Shown one piece after another: positions 1-10,296 of a DNA stretch of 57,174 bases (positions within the stretch are counted from its first letter, which is position 1; the number at the start of each line of letters is the position of its first letter). The notes beneath the pieces are model-generated. The model was given only the letters and a program-made list of their open reading frames with translations. It was not told the DNA's origin and searched no databases. The position numbers and the translations under genes were made by a program. The stretch is from Thermodesulfobacteriota bacterium (GTDB lineage: Bacteria; Desulfobacterota; Desulfobacteria; Desulfobacterales; C00003060): NCBI GenBank assembly GCA_034189385.1, contig JAXHVD010000026.1, positions 1 to 57,174 on the forward strand. The letters are read 5' to 3'.

Positions 1-1209
1 ATGGGCACTTGCCCCTGGGAGATGGCGAGGCGAAACGCCGCTTTCAGTCATGGCAAACCGCTTGTAGGGCGATGATCCAGGGGCCTTTGCACCCACATGG
101 ACAGGCGTCAAGTGCTCGACATCAAAGGGCGCCAAGGCGCGAAAGGAATCGGCAAGAAACTGGTCCGTCAAAAGAAACACCGGCCCTTGATAGCGTTCTG
201 CCAGTTCAAAGGCCTTGCGGGTAAGATGAAAGCAGTCTTCCACCGTTCCTGGCGCGAGGACTGCCCGCGGAAACTCACCGTGCCCGGCGTGAAGCACCAA
301 CTCCAGATCTCCCTGTTCTGTCCTCGTGGGCAACCCTGTAGCCGGGCCAGGACGCTGTGCCACAACGATCACCACAGGGGTTTCGGTCATGGCTGCCAGG
401 CTCACGCCTTCCACCATGAGGGCAAAGCCTCCTCCCGATGTGGCCACCATGCTTGGTGCGCCGGCAAAGGACGCGCCAATGGCCATGTTGATGGCTGCGA
501 TCTCATCTTCTGCTTGCTCCACAATCAGGCCCATCCTGTCGCCCTGAGCCGCCAAGTTGAGACAGATAGAGGTGGAAGGGGTCATGGGGTAAAAGGCGCA
601 AAACCGGACGCCTGCTGAAAGGGCACCAAGGGCAATCGCCTCGTTTCCGTTCATCATGAGCCGCCTGACAACGTGGGTGACAGGCGGAAGCCTGCGTCCG
701 GAAATCCCCTCTTTGGACACCCATCTGACAGCGGCCGCAAGGGCATCCCTGTTGTTTTTCACCAACTCCGGCTTTTTCTTGCCGAAAAAGTCAACGATAA
801 CCCTTGCCATGCGGTCTTCCTCCAGACCCAAAAGGGTGCCCACCACGCCAAGGGCCGCGATGTTGCGAAATCTCTCTGGAGCCAGGGTTTCAAAAGGCAC
901 TCCCAGAAGGCCACGGTCGTCAGCCGCCAAGGCCCTGTCGACAACCACAAGGCCTTGAGACGAGAGGTCTTTCCCATGCAATCTCACGGTGTCGGCGTCA
1001 AACGCCACCAGAAGGTCCACGGCCTCCTTTGGGGCCATGACCTCCGCAACCCCGACACGGATGGCAAAGGTGTTGTGGCCCCCTCGGATGCGAGAATGGT
1101 AGCTCTGGGTCACGACAATATCATACCCACTTCTGACAAGGGTTTTCGCCAGAAGCTGTCCGACTGTGACCAATCCTTGTCCTGCTTCGCCGCCAATCAG
1201 GATATTCAA
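1..1209 (-). CDS. 2-oxoacid:acceptor (ferredoxin) oxidoreductase subunit alpha, runs off the window edge
   Basis: Not in the ORF track because there is no stop in the window. Manual translation gives LNILIGGEAGQG...YHSRIRGGHN...QAEDEIAAINMAIGASFAGA...ATSGGGFALMVEG...QRPGPATGLPT, the KorA/OorA-type motifs. TTG start is approximate. Confidence 0.9.
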   Translation of the reverse strand, partial: MNILIGGEAGQGLVTVGQLLAKTLVRSGYDIVVTQSYHSRIRGGHNTFAIRVGVAEVMAPKEAVDLLVAFDADTVRLHGKDLSSQGLVVVDRALAADDRGLLGVPFETLAPERFRNIAALGVVGTLLGLEEDRMARVIVDFFGKKKPELVKNNRDALAAAVRWVSKEGISGRRLPPVTHVVRRLMMNGNEAIALGALSAGVRFCAFYPMTPSTSICLNLAAQGDRMGLIVEQAEDEIAAINMAIGASFAGAPSMVATSGGGFALMVEGVSLAAMTETPVVIVVAQRPGPATGLPTRTEQGDLELVLHAGHGEFPRAVLAPGTVEDCFHLTRKAFELAERYQGPVFLLTDQFLADSFRALAPFDVEHLTPVHVGAKAPGSSPYKRFAMTESGVSPRHLPGASAH

Positions 1210-1624
1210 TGCACTGTCTCTCCGGCCGCGCTGCGCCTCTACCTTCGGGCCAGGGCCTGCCTCCTTCGGCTCTGACCCAAACCCCTTTTTGCCCTTTCTG
1301 AAACGTCTTCTTGATCCGCCTCCGGCGGACTAGAGCCTGTTTCAAAACGTCCCCTTCGGCACAAGCAATTGAAATCGCGAGTTTTTCGCCTCAGCAAGGT
1401 CCATTGACAAAAGAAACTTTTCAATGAACGGCTAAAAAGGGGGGGTTGGGTGGCGCCCTGCCAGGTCTTTCAAGATGATGCACAAATGGTGCATCCGGAG
1501 TCGGGGTCGTTGTCTCGTCCCTGGATTTTAATGTAGTTGCGGAGAGGCCTCTCGCCACCGACTCCAGATGATGGTCTCGGCGTTCATGTAGGTTGGATCA
1601 TCTGTACCTTGTCCCCTGAAGAAA

Positions 1625-1864
1625 CTAAATCCGCGGATCGACGTTGCCAGGCCCCCCGCATTCCGGCGTGTAGCACGTGGCGTTTAAGAACTCGCACGCC
1701 TCTTTGCACGACGGGCAGGCCCTTGGCGGTTTTTCAGCAGAGAGAAGAAAGCCGCAGTTTCCGCATTTCCAGTACGTTAGGTTGCATTGGGGACAAATGT
1801 CGCCCACGAATTTCCCAGAAGCCGTGTACCCGCACTGGGCACATGTCATGGTTTCATTTCCCAT
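1625..1864 (-). CDS. Small Cys-rich rubredoxin-like / zinc-ribbon protein
   Basis: Four CxxC pairs (CAQC, CPQC, CGNC, CPSC) plus CYTPEC; GGAGG RBS before ATG 1864. Confidence 0.8.
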   Translation of the reverse strand: MGNETMTCAQCGYTASGKFVGDICPQCNLTYWKCGNCGFLLSAEKPPRACPSCKEACEFLNATCYTPECGGPGNVDPRI

Positions 1865-2273
1865 GTGGTATCCCTCCCTATATAAGAGTTGAGTGCTCCT
1901 TGCCAATCACAGACCGTATCCGCCCCTGTTTTCTGTCCTTCACCGCATGAGACCATTGGTCCGCTCCTGCGGCATGTGTGGATGCCCGAAACCTGTGAGC
2001 CGGGCCGTCTCTCGACCCGTCAATTACGGGGCATGATGTTGTAAATGTTGTAAATCTGGCACGAAAAGTAAATAGGGTGAACACCGTATTTGGCCCATCG
2101 GGACACTGTATTTTTTTGCCCTCTCCCCCATGACAAGGCCATGCCCTGCGCCCAAGGTCTCGGCTGCATCGCGAGGCAAGACGGCAATCCCAAGGTGTCA
2201 GTGGGCAACTTGCCCGCTGAACAGAGCCTCATGGCTGGAGCTGGAAACAGGTGCAGACCGGGCCAGGGGTTTT

Positions 2274-3218
2274 CTACTCCTCGTCCACCCCGTGTCGGGC
2301 ACATTCGTGAGGATCAACAGGTAGGGGCATGGTGGCGCGAGCAGCCGAGAACCAAGCGCTGTACTTTTCAACCATGTGATGAGGATAGTAGCTCTCTTTT
2401 GCCTGACGCAGGCCTGCAATGCCGAGGTCCTGTTCCCGGTTTTCAAATTCGAAATCCTTCAAGGTATGCTTTGCAAACCATTGATTCATGAGCTGGCCAA
2501 GACCCCGGAATCCGGGCATGGCCTTTTCAAAGTGGCACACGGCCGTCCCAGACCTCAATTCTTCGCCGACGGCATAGGCCTGGATGACCCCATCCATGCG
2601 AATGGCCCCGCCCACGAGCCCGAGCGCTGCAAAGTGATCAAACATGTTCCTGATGGCCACATACTCCCGACACAACCCCCGATCAAGTTTACACTGGCGC
2701 GCCTGGCACCAACGGTCCTGCATGTCGGAACAGGCTCCAAGGAGGGCCGGTGTCACAGGCTCGTAAACACATCTGAACGCAGAAAGACACTGCTTGATGA
2801 GGTTACGCTTCTTGTGATAGCGACGCCCTGCCAACTCGGCCAAGTCTGCCACACGGTACACATAGTCCCAGTTGTCCCTGTCAGGGGTAATCAGCAGGCT
2901 CTGATCCCTTAATGTGCCGGCCATGTCCTTGGGGATACGGATGAATCCGGCCACGTCCACTCCAAGGCCATTTGCCACCGTCAATGGCAAGGCCCCTCCG
3001 ACAGGATGACCTAAGACAAATCTTTCACCGTTCCCGTTCTGTCCATCCGTCGTTACAAAAACGATGGCGTCCTCCACCTCCGCCAGCAAGATCGGCCTGG
3101 AATGGCGCCAGACAAAGAGATTGGTGAAGGTCAACTCAGAGATCTGGGGCGGGTAGCGCCGCAGGTAATCTTTGACCAAGGGCCGGTCGCTCAACGCAAG
3201 TGGTCGCATCTCAAGCAT
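2274..3218 (-). CDS. DUF2156 family protein (phosphatidylglycerol lysyltransferase-like C-terminal domain)
   Basis: SELTFTNLFVW, DRDNWDYVY, L.G..YHKKRN, HFEKA, NREQDLG.GLR.AK.SY.P motifs. Confidence 0.85.
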   Translation of the reverse strand: MLEMRPLALSDRPLVKDYLRRYPPQISELTFTNLFVWRHSRPILLAEVEDAIVFVTTDGQNGNGERFVLGHPVGGALPLTVANGLGVDVAGFIRIPKDMAGTLRDQSLLITPDRDNWDYVYRVADLAELAGRRYHKKRNLIKQCLSAFRCVYEPVTPALLGACSDMQDRWCQARQCKLDRGLCREYVAIRNMFDHFAALGLVGGAIRMDGVIQAYAVGEELRSGTAVCHFEKAMPGFRGLGQLMNQWFAKHTLKDFEFENREQDLGIAGLRQAKESYYPHHMVEKYSAWFSAARATMPLPVDPHECARHGVDEE

Positions 3219-3275
3219 CGGTTTGTTGCTCTCCCCTTCTCATATGGCCCTTCATGACATTGATGGGCAAGGCCT

Positions 3276-5246
3276 TTAGACCTCTCTTTCTTCAATGAGC
3301 CTATCAAAGCCAGTCTTGTCGGCCAGGGTCGTCAGGTCTCCAAAATCTTTGGTATCTCCAGCAGCCACCTTTCTCAAGATCCTTCTCATGATCTTTCCGC
3401 TCCGGGTCTTTGGCAAGGCATCAGAGAACTGAATCTTGTCAGGCGTGGCAACAGGGCCGATCTCTTTTCTCACATGGCCCACCAGGGCCTTTTTGAGAGC
3501 ATGGGATCGCTTCACCCCCTTGTTCAATATCACAAAGGCATAGATCCCCTCCCCCTTTATCTCATGGGGATAGCCCACCACAGCAGCCTCAGCCACGGTA
3601 TTGTGGGAAACCAGGGTGCTTTCGATCTCAGCCGTTCCCAGCCGGTGGCCGGAGACATTGATCACATCGTCCACACGACCCATGAGCCAGTAGTACCCGT
3701 CCTTGTCCTTTTTGGCCCCGTCACCGGAGAAATACATCCCAGGAAACTGGCTGAAATAGGTCTGCTTGAACCGCTCCGGCTCCCCATAGACACCCCGCAT
3801 CATGCCGGGCCAGGGCTTGGTGATCACCAGGTATCCGCCTTCGTTCAACTTGCGCTGACGCCCCTCATCGTCAACGATCCTTGGCACAACCCCTGGAAAG
3901 GGCACCGTGGCCGAACCAGGCTTTGTAGGGATGGCCCCGGGAAGAGGAGAAATCATGACGCCGCCTGTCTCTGTTTGCCACCACGTATCCACAATAGGAC
4001 ATCGCCCTCGACCAATGTGTTCGTCATACCACTTCCACGCTTCAGGATTGATGATCTCTCCCACGCTGCCCAGCAGCCTTAGGCTACTCAGGTCAAAGCG
4101 TTTTGGCCACTCCTTTCCGTATTTTGCCAGGGCCCTGATGACCGTAGGCGCCGTATAAAAGACGTTGACCTTATACTCCTGCACGATGTCCCAGAATCGC
4201 CCGGGATCGGGATAGGTGGGAACCCCTTCAAACATGAGGCTTGTGGCCCCGGAACACAGGGGGCCGTAAACGATGTAGCTATGTCCCGTAATCCAACCGA
4301 TGTCTGCCGTACACCAGAACAGATCTTCATCGCGGTTATCAAAAATCCACTGGAAGGTCTGGCTGGCATATAAGAGATAGCCGGCAGTGGTGTGAAGGAC
4401 CCCTTTGGGCTTGCCCGTGGATCCACTGGTGTATAGAATAAAAAGCGGCGCTTCTGCATCCATGACAGCTGGTTTGTCTCCCGCGCTGGGAGCTTCTTTG
4501 ATCTGCTCGTGCCACCACCAGTCCCTTCCCTTTTGCATGGAGACCTTTTCGCCCGTTCGCTGCACGACCACACAATGCTTCACCCCTGGGCAGCCCTTTA
4601 GAGCCTTATCAGCGCTCTTTTTAAGGGGTATGACCCTTCCCCCCCTGAACCCCCCGTCAGCCGTAATGAGCATGGTTGCGCCACAGTCCTTGATTCGGCT
4701 TCCCAGCGATTCAGCACTAAAGCCCCCAAAAACAACGCTGTGGATCGCCCCTATCCGGGCGCAGGCCAACATGGCAATGGGAAGCTCTGGAATCATGGGC
4801 AAGTAAATGGCCACCCTGTCTTTCTTCTTCACGCCAAAGCTTTTTAAGGCGTGGGCAAACCTGCAAACCTCACGGTGGAGGGACTGAAAGGTATAGATCT
4901 TGTGTTCGTCCCCCTTTTCGCCTACCCAGATCAAAGCGGCCTTGTTCTTTCTCCATGTGCCCAGATGGCGGTCCAGGCAGTTCACAGAGACATTGAGCTT
5001 CCCCCCCTCAAACCATCTCACCTTTGCCTTGTGAAAATCGCAATGAAGGACGCGCTTCCATTTCTTGTGCCACGAAAGCTCCTTGGCCCTTTCCGCCCAG
5101 AAGGTCTCTGGGCTTTCCACGGATTCCTTGTAGAGCCTGCGATACTCTCTCAGGCTCTTGATATGGGCCTTCTTCTTAAAGGCGTCGGGAGGAAAATGCT
5201 TGCCTGCCTCCGCTACAACGGACTCGATGGTCTTGTGCCTGGCCAT
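3276..5246 (-). CDS. acs: Acetate--CoA ligase (AMP-forming acetyl-CoA synthetase)
   Basis: [20 protein letters not shown] and [11 protein letters not shown] (acetylatable Lys); 656 aa. Confidence 0.97.
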   Translation of the reverse strand: MARHKTIESVVAEAGKHFPPDAFKKKAHIKSLREYRRLYKESVESPETFWAERAKELSWHKKWKRVLHCDFHKAKVRWFEGGKLNVSVNCLDRHLGTWRKNKAALIWVGEKGDEHKIYTFQSLHREVCRFAHALKSFGVKKKDRVAIYLPMIPELPIAMLACARIGAIHSVVFGGFSAESLGSRIKDCGATMLITADGGFRGGRVIPLKKSADKALKGCPGVKHCVVVQRTGEKVSMQKGRDWWWHEQIKEAPSAGDKPAVMDAEAPLFILYTSGSTGKPKGVLHTTAGYLLYASQTFQWIFDNRDEDLFWCTADIGWITGHSYIVYGPLCSGATSLMFEGVPTYPDPGRFWDIVQEYKVNVFYTAPTVIRALAKYGKEWPKRFDLSSLRLLGSVGEIINPEAWKWYDEHIGRGRCPIVDTWWQTETGGVMISPLPGAIPTKPGSATVPFPGVVPRIVDDEGRQRKLNEGGYLVITKPWPGMMRGVYGEPERFKQTYFSQFPGMYFSGDGAKKDKDGYYWLMGRVDDVINVSGHRLGTAEIESTLVSHNTVAEAAVVGYPHEIKGEGIYAFVILNKGVKRSHALKKALVGHVRKEIGPVATPDKIQFSDALPKTRSGKIMRRILRKVAAGDTKDFGDLTTLADKTGFDRLIEEREV

Positions 5247-5256
5247 GCCGCCTCCT

Positions 5257-6387
5257 TTATGGCTTGATGTCCAATATGGGAAAAACGATTTCTTTTATCT
5301 TGCCTACCACACGACGCACGCTCTTCTTGGTCTTCTTCCTGATATCATCAGACACGAAAAGGGGCCGGTCCTTAAGGGAGGTGAGATCATCGCCCCAGAA
5401 CACGCCACCGAACAATGCAGCGTCTTCTTCCTTGGGGCCCAGACCATTCATGATAGCCCATGCCAGTGTCCATGTGCGGGCCATGTCTTCGAGTACATAG
5501 CCTCCACAGCCAAGGGCCAAAAGCTTTGGAGAGCATGCAACGATCCTTTCCAGGGCCTGACTAAAGGATAGGTTGGTCAGTTTCAAATGGGAAAAGGGAT
5601 CTGAGAAAAGCACATCAACCCCAAGGGCGGCCACGACCATGTCCGGGTCAAACCCTTTGGCCACAGGCAAGAACACTTCTTCAAAGGCCCAAGTGAACTC
5701 CTGATCTGAAGTATCCTCAGGCAAGGGGACATTGATCGTGTACCCCTTCCCGTGCCCTTTGCCTATTTCGTCTTCAAAGCCTGTCTTAAAAGGAAAAAGG
5801 GTCTCTCCACTTTCATGAAAGGATAGACACATCACCCTGCTCGATCGGTAAAAGGCTGCTTGCACCTCATCGCCGTGATGGGCATCGATATCCACAAAAA
5901 GGACCCTCTTTCTGGCACGGAGCACCTTCTTGATGGCCATGACGATATCATTGAGGTAACAGAAGCCTGCGGCAAAATCCTTGCCTGCATGGTGAAAGCC
6001 CCCCGTGGGGCAAAAAACCGTGTCCGCTTTGTCTTGACTGATCAGGTCCACCCCAAGGAGGGTGCCTCCTGCTGCCAGGGCATGATAATCGTAGACCCCC
6101 TTGTACACAGGACACTCCATCGTTCCGAGCCCGTAAGTCAACCATTCTTCTTGGGAGACACCCTTGTTGGCCTTCTTCAGAATAGTGACATAATCCTCTG
6201 TGTGAAAGGTAAGGATGTCGTCAGTGGAAGCAGGCTTGGGCTTGTGGACAGTCATCCAGTCGTGGTTAAGAAGACCCAGTCTTTCACACAGTCCATGGGT
6301 AGCCTCTCCCCTCTTGAACTGCCAGGGATAGCCCCGATAGGCCTTGAATCTGGAGAATTGTTCGCTGTGCACAAAAGCCGATCGCAT
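5257..6387 (-). CDS. acuC: AcuC-like Zn-dependent histone-deacetylase-family protein
   Basis: [34 protein letters not shown] motifs; adjacent to acs. Confidence 0.88.
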   Translation of the reverse strand: MRSAFVHSEQFSRFKAYRGYPWQFKRGEATHGLCERLGLLNHDWMTVHKPKPASTDDILTFHTEDYVTILKKANKGVSQEEWLTYGLGTMECPVYKGVYDYHALAAGGTLLGVDLISQDKADTVFCPTGGFHHAGKDFAAGFCYLNDIVMAIKKVLRARKRVLFVDIDAHHGDEVQAAFYRSSRVMCLSFHESGETLFPFKTGFEDEIGKGHGKGYTINVPLPEDTSDQEFTWAFEEVFLPVAKGFDPDMVVAALGVDVLFSDPFSHLKLTNLSFSQALERIVACSPKLLALGCGGYVLEDMARTWTLAWAIMNGLGPKEEDAALFGGVFWGDDLTSLKDRPLFVSDDIRKKTKKSVRRVVGKIKEIVFPILDIKP

Positions 6388-6402
6388 GAGATCCCTTTTC
6401 TT

Positions 6403-6951
6403 CTATCCTTTCCGTTTCCTGCGGTGCCTGGTGGGTCTCAACTCCAAGGCCATATCCCGGCATGGTTGAATCCCATCCAAAAAGCCGAACCCCACCTTCT
6501 CAAAGACCCTGATGGCACGACGATTGGCGGTCCGCACGGTGAGCACGATCTTCTCACATCCCCCTGCTTCAGCCGCCTTTTTCATGGCCTGCGAAAGGGT
6601 TGTGCCGATCCCCCCATTTCGAAATCCCTTTTGGATGAAAATGAGATACTCGGGACACAGGCACCGATCAGAGAGCGCCAGGGCCGCATGGCCGATGATA
6701 CGCCCCTCGTGAAGGGCCAACACGTTAAAAAACTCAGAAACCAGATGATCAAGCCATCTCCGTCGAACCCTTTCGTTGGGCGGAGGCAAGCCACATTCGA
6801 GACCCTTGGGCTCATAATCATCGTACATCCTGCCCAAGGCCTCATAGTCAGCGGGCCCATAAAGCCGCAGATGGACGGAGCGTCCTTCTTTGTCTTTGGT
6901 CCAAAAGGGCTGCCACTGAATGGACAGACCCCTTTCCCCTGCGTCGTTCAT
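6403..6951 (-). CDS. GNAT family N-acetyltransferase
   Basis: FRNGGIGT acetyl-CoA-binding motif and N..A...FEKVGF; start moved to ATG 6951 after GGAGG. Confidence 0.85.
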   Translation of the reverse strand: MNDAGERGLSIQWQPFWTKDKEGRSVHLRLYGPADYEALGRMYDDYEPKGLECGLPPPNERVRRRWLDHLVSEFFNVLALHEGRIIGHAALALSDRCLCPEYLIFIQKGFRNGGIGTTLSQAMKKAAEAGGCEKIVLTVRTANRRAIRVFEKVGFGFLDGIQPCRDMALELRPTRHRRKRKG

Positions 6952-7027
6952 CCAGACATGGTCCTCCACGAAAGCGGCACGCAGTCCCATAAGGCCTCGT
7001 AACTGATATGGATGAAGAACCTTATTT

Positions 7028-7855
7028 TCAGCCTTGTGTCGCCGTGTTTTTCCCCTCATCACACAGGCCGATGGTGTCGATCAGCGTCTTCATGTGCCTC
7101 TTCTCGGCCTGGGCGATGGATAAAAAGGCTTCTTCGGCTTCTTGGTTCTCTGTCTCCTCCGCCATGGTCCGATAGAGATCAAAGGCAGCATGTTCGATGT
7201 GCAGGGACAATTCTATCAGGTGCATGCACACATTGCCCTCAATGGCCTCGGCCCTGCTGAGGGTGTCGATCAAGTTCTCACCACCCTCAAGGATCTCCCC
7301 TTTCAGGCCCGCAAAGACTGCATCAAAGGCCGGCGGATCACTCTCGGTCTTTTTCCAGTATTGGTATACGGCCTTGGCGTGGGCCACCTCTGCCTTGGCC
7401 AGTTTCTCAAATGTCTTTGAAAAGGGTTCCGAGACATACTTCTCCTTTAAGTAGTCGTAGAATCGCAGGGCCCCTTTTTCCAAGTCCATGGCCACGAGAA
7501 AAAGCTCAGGAAGGGTTCTTGCCTTGTCAAACACCTGTATCCTGGGATAGTCAGGCACCGCTTCGCCCTCCCAGGCCATGATGCCCCCTTCAAGGTCGTA
7601 TACTGCCTTGTGGGTCACCTCCTCTTCTTCAGCAAAGGTTGCGGCCGCCGCAGAACGCCCTCCGCTGTGGCAGTAAAAGATGAGATCCTTGTCAGGAGGA
7701 AGCGCGGAAAGATCTGTGACGAGCTCTCTCACAGGAATGAGCTTTGCTCCCGGGATATGGCCTCGGACGTACTCATCGCGTTGTCGAACGTCCACCAAAA
7801 GATAGTCCCCCTCCTTGTTCTCTTCTCTGTATCGTCTGAATTCTTCAGGGCTCAT
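7028..7855 (-). CDS. Rhodanese-domain / ferritin-like (rubrerythrin-type) fusion protein
   Basis: DVRQ..EY..GHIPGA and YCHSGGRS rhodanese motifs; C-terminal E..H motifs (EVAH, EKRH); GGAGG before ATG 7855. Confidence 0.85.
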   Translation of the reverse strand: MSPEEFRRYREENKEGDYLLVDVRQRDEYVRGHIPGAKLIPVRELVTDLSALPPDKDLIFYCHSGGRSAAAATFAEEEEVTHKAVYDLEGGIMAWEGEAVPDYPRIQVFDKARTLPELFLVAMDLEKGALRFYDYLKEKYVSEPFSKTFEKLAKAEVAHAKAVYQYWKKTESDPPAFDAVFAGLKGEILEGGENLIDTLSRAEAIEGNVCMHLIELSLHIEHAAFDLYRTMAEETENQEAEEAFLSIAQAEKRHMKTLIDTIGLCDEGKNTATQG

Positions 7856-7960
7856 ATGACCTCCTGGTACACCCCCCTGTAGGAAGGGGTGGTAGGGCAA
7901 GATACTCCCAAAAGCGCCTTTGCTTTCTCCCTGAGCATCTTAGGTGTGAACGGTTTCCCC

Positions 7961-10138
7961 TCAACGGTTTAGATCCCAGTCATAGTAGATATACTCAAAT
8001 CGAAGACTCTTGGCCCTCTCCTGGACGGCCTCCCTGGCGTGGTCATCGGCCAGATAGTCGCACAGGAAGTCAAGAACGCCACGTTTTCCCCCAAAGTCGC
8101 TCTCGTACCACCGAAAGATCTCCGACAGCAGCACCTTATTCCTGTCGGGCAGGACGATAACCTCGGAGGAATTCACAAAGCTCGTGGCCGCCTCCTCAAG
8201 CTGTCCGTAGATGGTGGGGGCATCATAATAGTCGATGGGAGCGCAGGACCGGGAGCCGCAGACCAGCGCAAAGTGGATGCGGGGCTCCGAAGGCTTCAGG
8301 AGCCAGGCCTTGCGCGGATCCGCAGGGCCGAATTGCCGCCGCAGATGGAGCCAAGGACGGGCATTGCTTCGGAGAATGCCGTGTTCCATATCGTCGGCTG
8401 AAAAGAGGTGTTCTCCAACAGCGTATTTGACGTGACTGAACAACTCAGGCGCTTCCTGGACCGATCGCTTGATGTCCAGGGACACAATACCATCTACCAC
8501 GATCGTGTTGTAGAGATTCACCCAGAAAGCCAGCTTCTCCCTTCGGCCAACCAAGCGACTCAGGTCCAATCTGCGCAGGCCGTTGGCCAGGAGCCGATAC
8601 TGCGCATATTGGGCAGACTGGCGGAGCGCCTGGTAGTCTACTCGACCGCGGGTGGTATCGTAAAAGGCATCCCGAAGCCCTTTAATACTGCGCATGAGGG
8701 CACCGGCAAGTTGGGAGGGGGCAATCTCGGGCATGCTCTCCCCACTGTTCAAGACCACGTCCAGGGAAAAGAGGCCCCGAGCCTTTGCCGCTACGCGCTG
8801 GGTGACCTTTGTGCGATTGTAAAAATCGTGCACCAGGTCAATGAAGAGCGCTGCTGTCCAGCCGAAGTGGTCACTCCCATAACCCGTCCCCTCAAACGAG
8901 TCAAAGTACTCATAGAAGCCAAATCTGAGGGGGAGCTGCAAGAGATCCTTCTGCAGGGAGTCGGCCTTGAGGGTGTAACCATAGCGCCGGAGGCCATGGG
9001 CAAGCATCCAGTTGATGTTGATCCACACCGGTCCTCGCCAGTAGTTTGATCGGGCAAACCCTTCTTTCTGGGTGTCGTAGTTGGGCACCGTGAAGCAGTT
9101 GCCCTGCTGGAGGGCACAAAAAGAGGTGGAGTCAAGGCGCTGGTAGATGCGCTCGGCCTGCTCTCTGCTCGCTGCTCCTGCATAGAGGGGAAGAAACCCT
9201 GCTGCTGTATCTACCTGAATCGGCTCATTGGCCACCAAGTCGAAACAGCCAAAGATCTGATCCTCTTCGTGCCAAAGCTTTCGGCCCATGGCCTCTGCCG
9301 TCTTTTTGGCCCAAGCAAGGGGCACTTCCGCAGACTCATGGATGAGTCCTGCGATTCTCGCCAATGACTCATTGGCCCTGCATAGGACGGAGTTGAATAA
9401 GGGATCCTGTATGAGAAAAGGGCAAATCTCACGGATCTTGGCCTCGTCGTAGTCGCACTGTCGGAAAAGGTCCACCAAGTAAACGTAACGGTCGTAGTCG
9501 GCATCTGTGGGGCGCGTACTGGGATCTACGCCGTGGTCCAGATCCTTGCGCTGGTATGGGGGCAGGGTGGCCCGGTCCACGGATATCTTCTGCAGGGGAC
9601 CGTCCCAAGTGGGGGAGTTGTCGATCCCGGACTCCCAGGGGTGACGGATGTAGACGAGCCCCTCTCCCTTAGGGTCCCGCTCCCTGTAAAGGTATTCGTG
9701 GAGGGCAAGGAGCTTCGGATAGATGCGCTCCAGAAAAGGAACCACCGTGCGGGGACGGCGGGCATTTCGGTAAATCTTCTCCACGGCGATGGCATGGACT
9801 GGAGGCATGGTGATGCCGGAGGTAAGCGTGCCCGGAGGGGCTTTTGAACACCTGTCTGTCTGCCAGAAGTCAGGCTCAGGGAAATAGCGCCCGAGGGCAT
9901 CAGGGTTGAAGACGATTTGGGGAACCATGCCGTTTTGCCATTGGGCTTCGAAGAGGGTTTCAATCTCTGAGATGGCCCGCCTGGTGTCGTAATGAGACCG
10001 CCCTATGGCGATGAAACCCGAATCCCAGTTCCATTGGTGGGGATAGAGAGACGGAGCTGGCTTTGTATAAGAACCCGTCCAATTATGGTCAAGGATCTCC
10101 TTGGCCTTTTCCACATAGTTGGCAAAGACTTGCGACAA
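7961..10138 (-). CDS. GH63-type (glucosyl/mannosylglycerate hydrolase-like) glycoside hydrolase fused to C-terminal DUF547
   Basis: HQWNWDSGF, WESGIDNSP, YWRGPVW, FYEYFD; then LAFWVNLYN, EHGILR, PRIHFALVCGSRSC, YDWDLN (DUF547). Confidence 0.85.
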   Translation of the reverse strand: MSQVFANYVEKAKEILDHNWTGSYTKPAPSLYPHQWNWDSGFIAIGRSHYDTRRAISEIETLFEAQWQNGMVPQIVFNPDALGRYFPEPDFWQTDRCSKAPPGTLTSGITMPPVHAIAVEKIYRNARRPRTVVPFLERIYPKLLALHEYLYRERDPKGEGLVYIRHPWESGIDNSPTWDGPLQKISVDRATLPPYQRKDLDHGVDPSTRPTDADYDRYVYLVDLFRQCDYDEAKIREICPFLIQDPLFNSVLCRANESLARIAGLIHESAEVPLAWAKKTAEAMGRKLWHEEDQIFGCFDLVANEPIQVDTAAGFLPLYAGAASREQAERIYQRLDSTSFCALQQGNCFTVPNYDTQKEGFARSNYWRGPVWININWMLAHGLRRYGYTLKADSLQKDLLQLPLRFGFYEYFDSFEGTGYGSDHFGWTAALFIDLVHDFYNRTKVTQRVAAKARGLFSLDVVLNSGESMPEIAPSQLAGALMRSIKGLRDAFYDTTRGRVDYQALRQSAQYAQYRLLANGLRRLDLSRLVGRREKLAFWVNLYNTIVVDGIVSLDIKRSVQEAPELFSHVKYAVGEHLFSADDMEHGILRSNARPWLHLRRQFGPADPRKAWLLKPSEPRIHFALVCGSRSCAPIDYYDAPTIYGQLEEAATSFVNSSEVIVLPDRNKVLLSEIFRWYESDFGGKRGVLDFLCDYLADDHAREAVQERAKSLRFEYIYYDWDLNR

Positions 10139-10296
10139 GAGCCCTCCCTATCCTGAACCCATGGGTATAAACCGCATAAGCGGGCGCATTCGCCCTTCCC
10201 TCTGTCGCCACATGAGGGAGTACAGGTCTTGACAAACCCACCATCTGTTGAAACGGCGGTCGCGCCTCTCTTGAAGCCGCCCGGCGCAAACCTGGG

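Noticed and set aside
2056..2072. Sigma-54 promoter CTGGCACGAAAAGTAAA
   Set aside because: Good -24 but no -12 GC, and no credible plus-strand gene downstream
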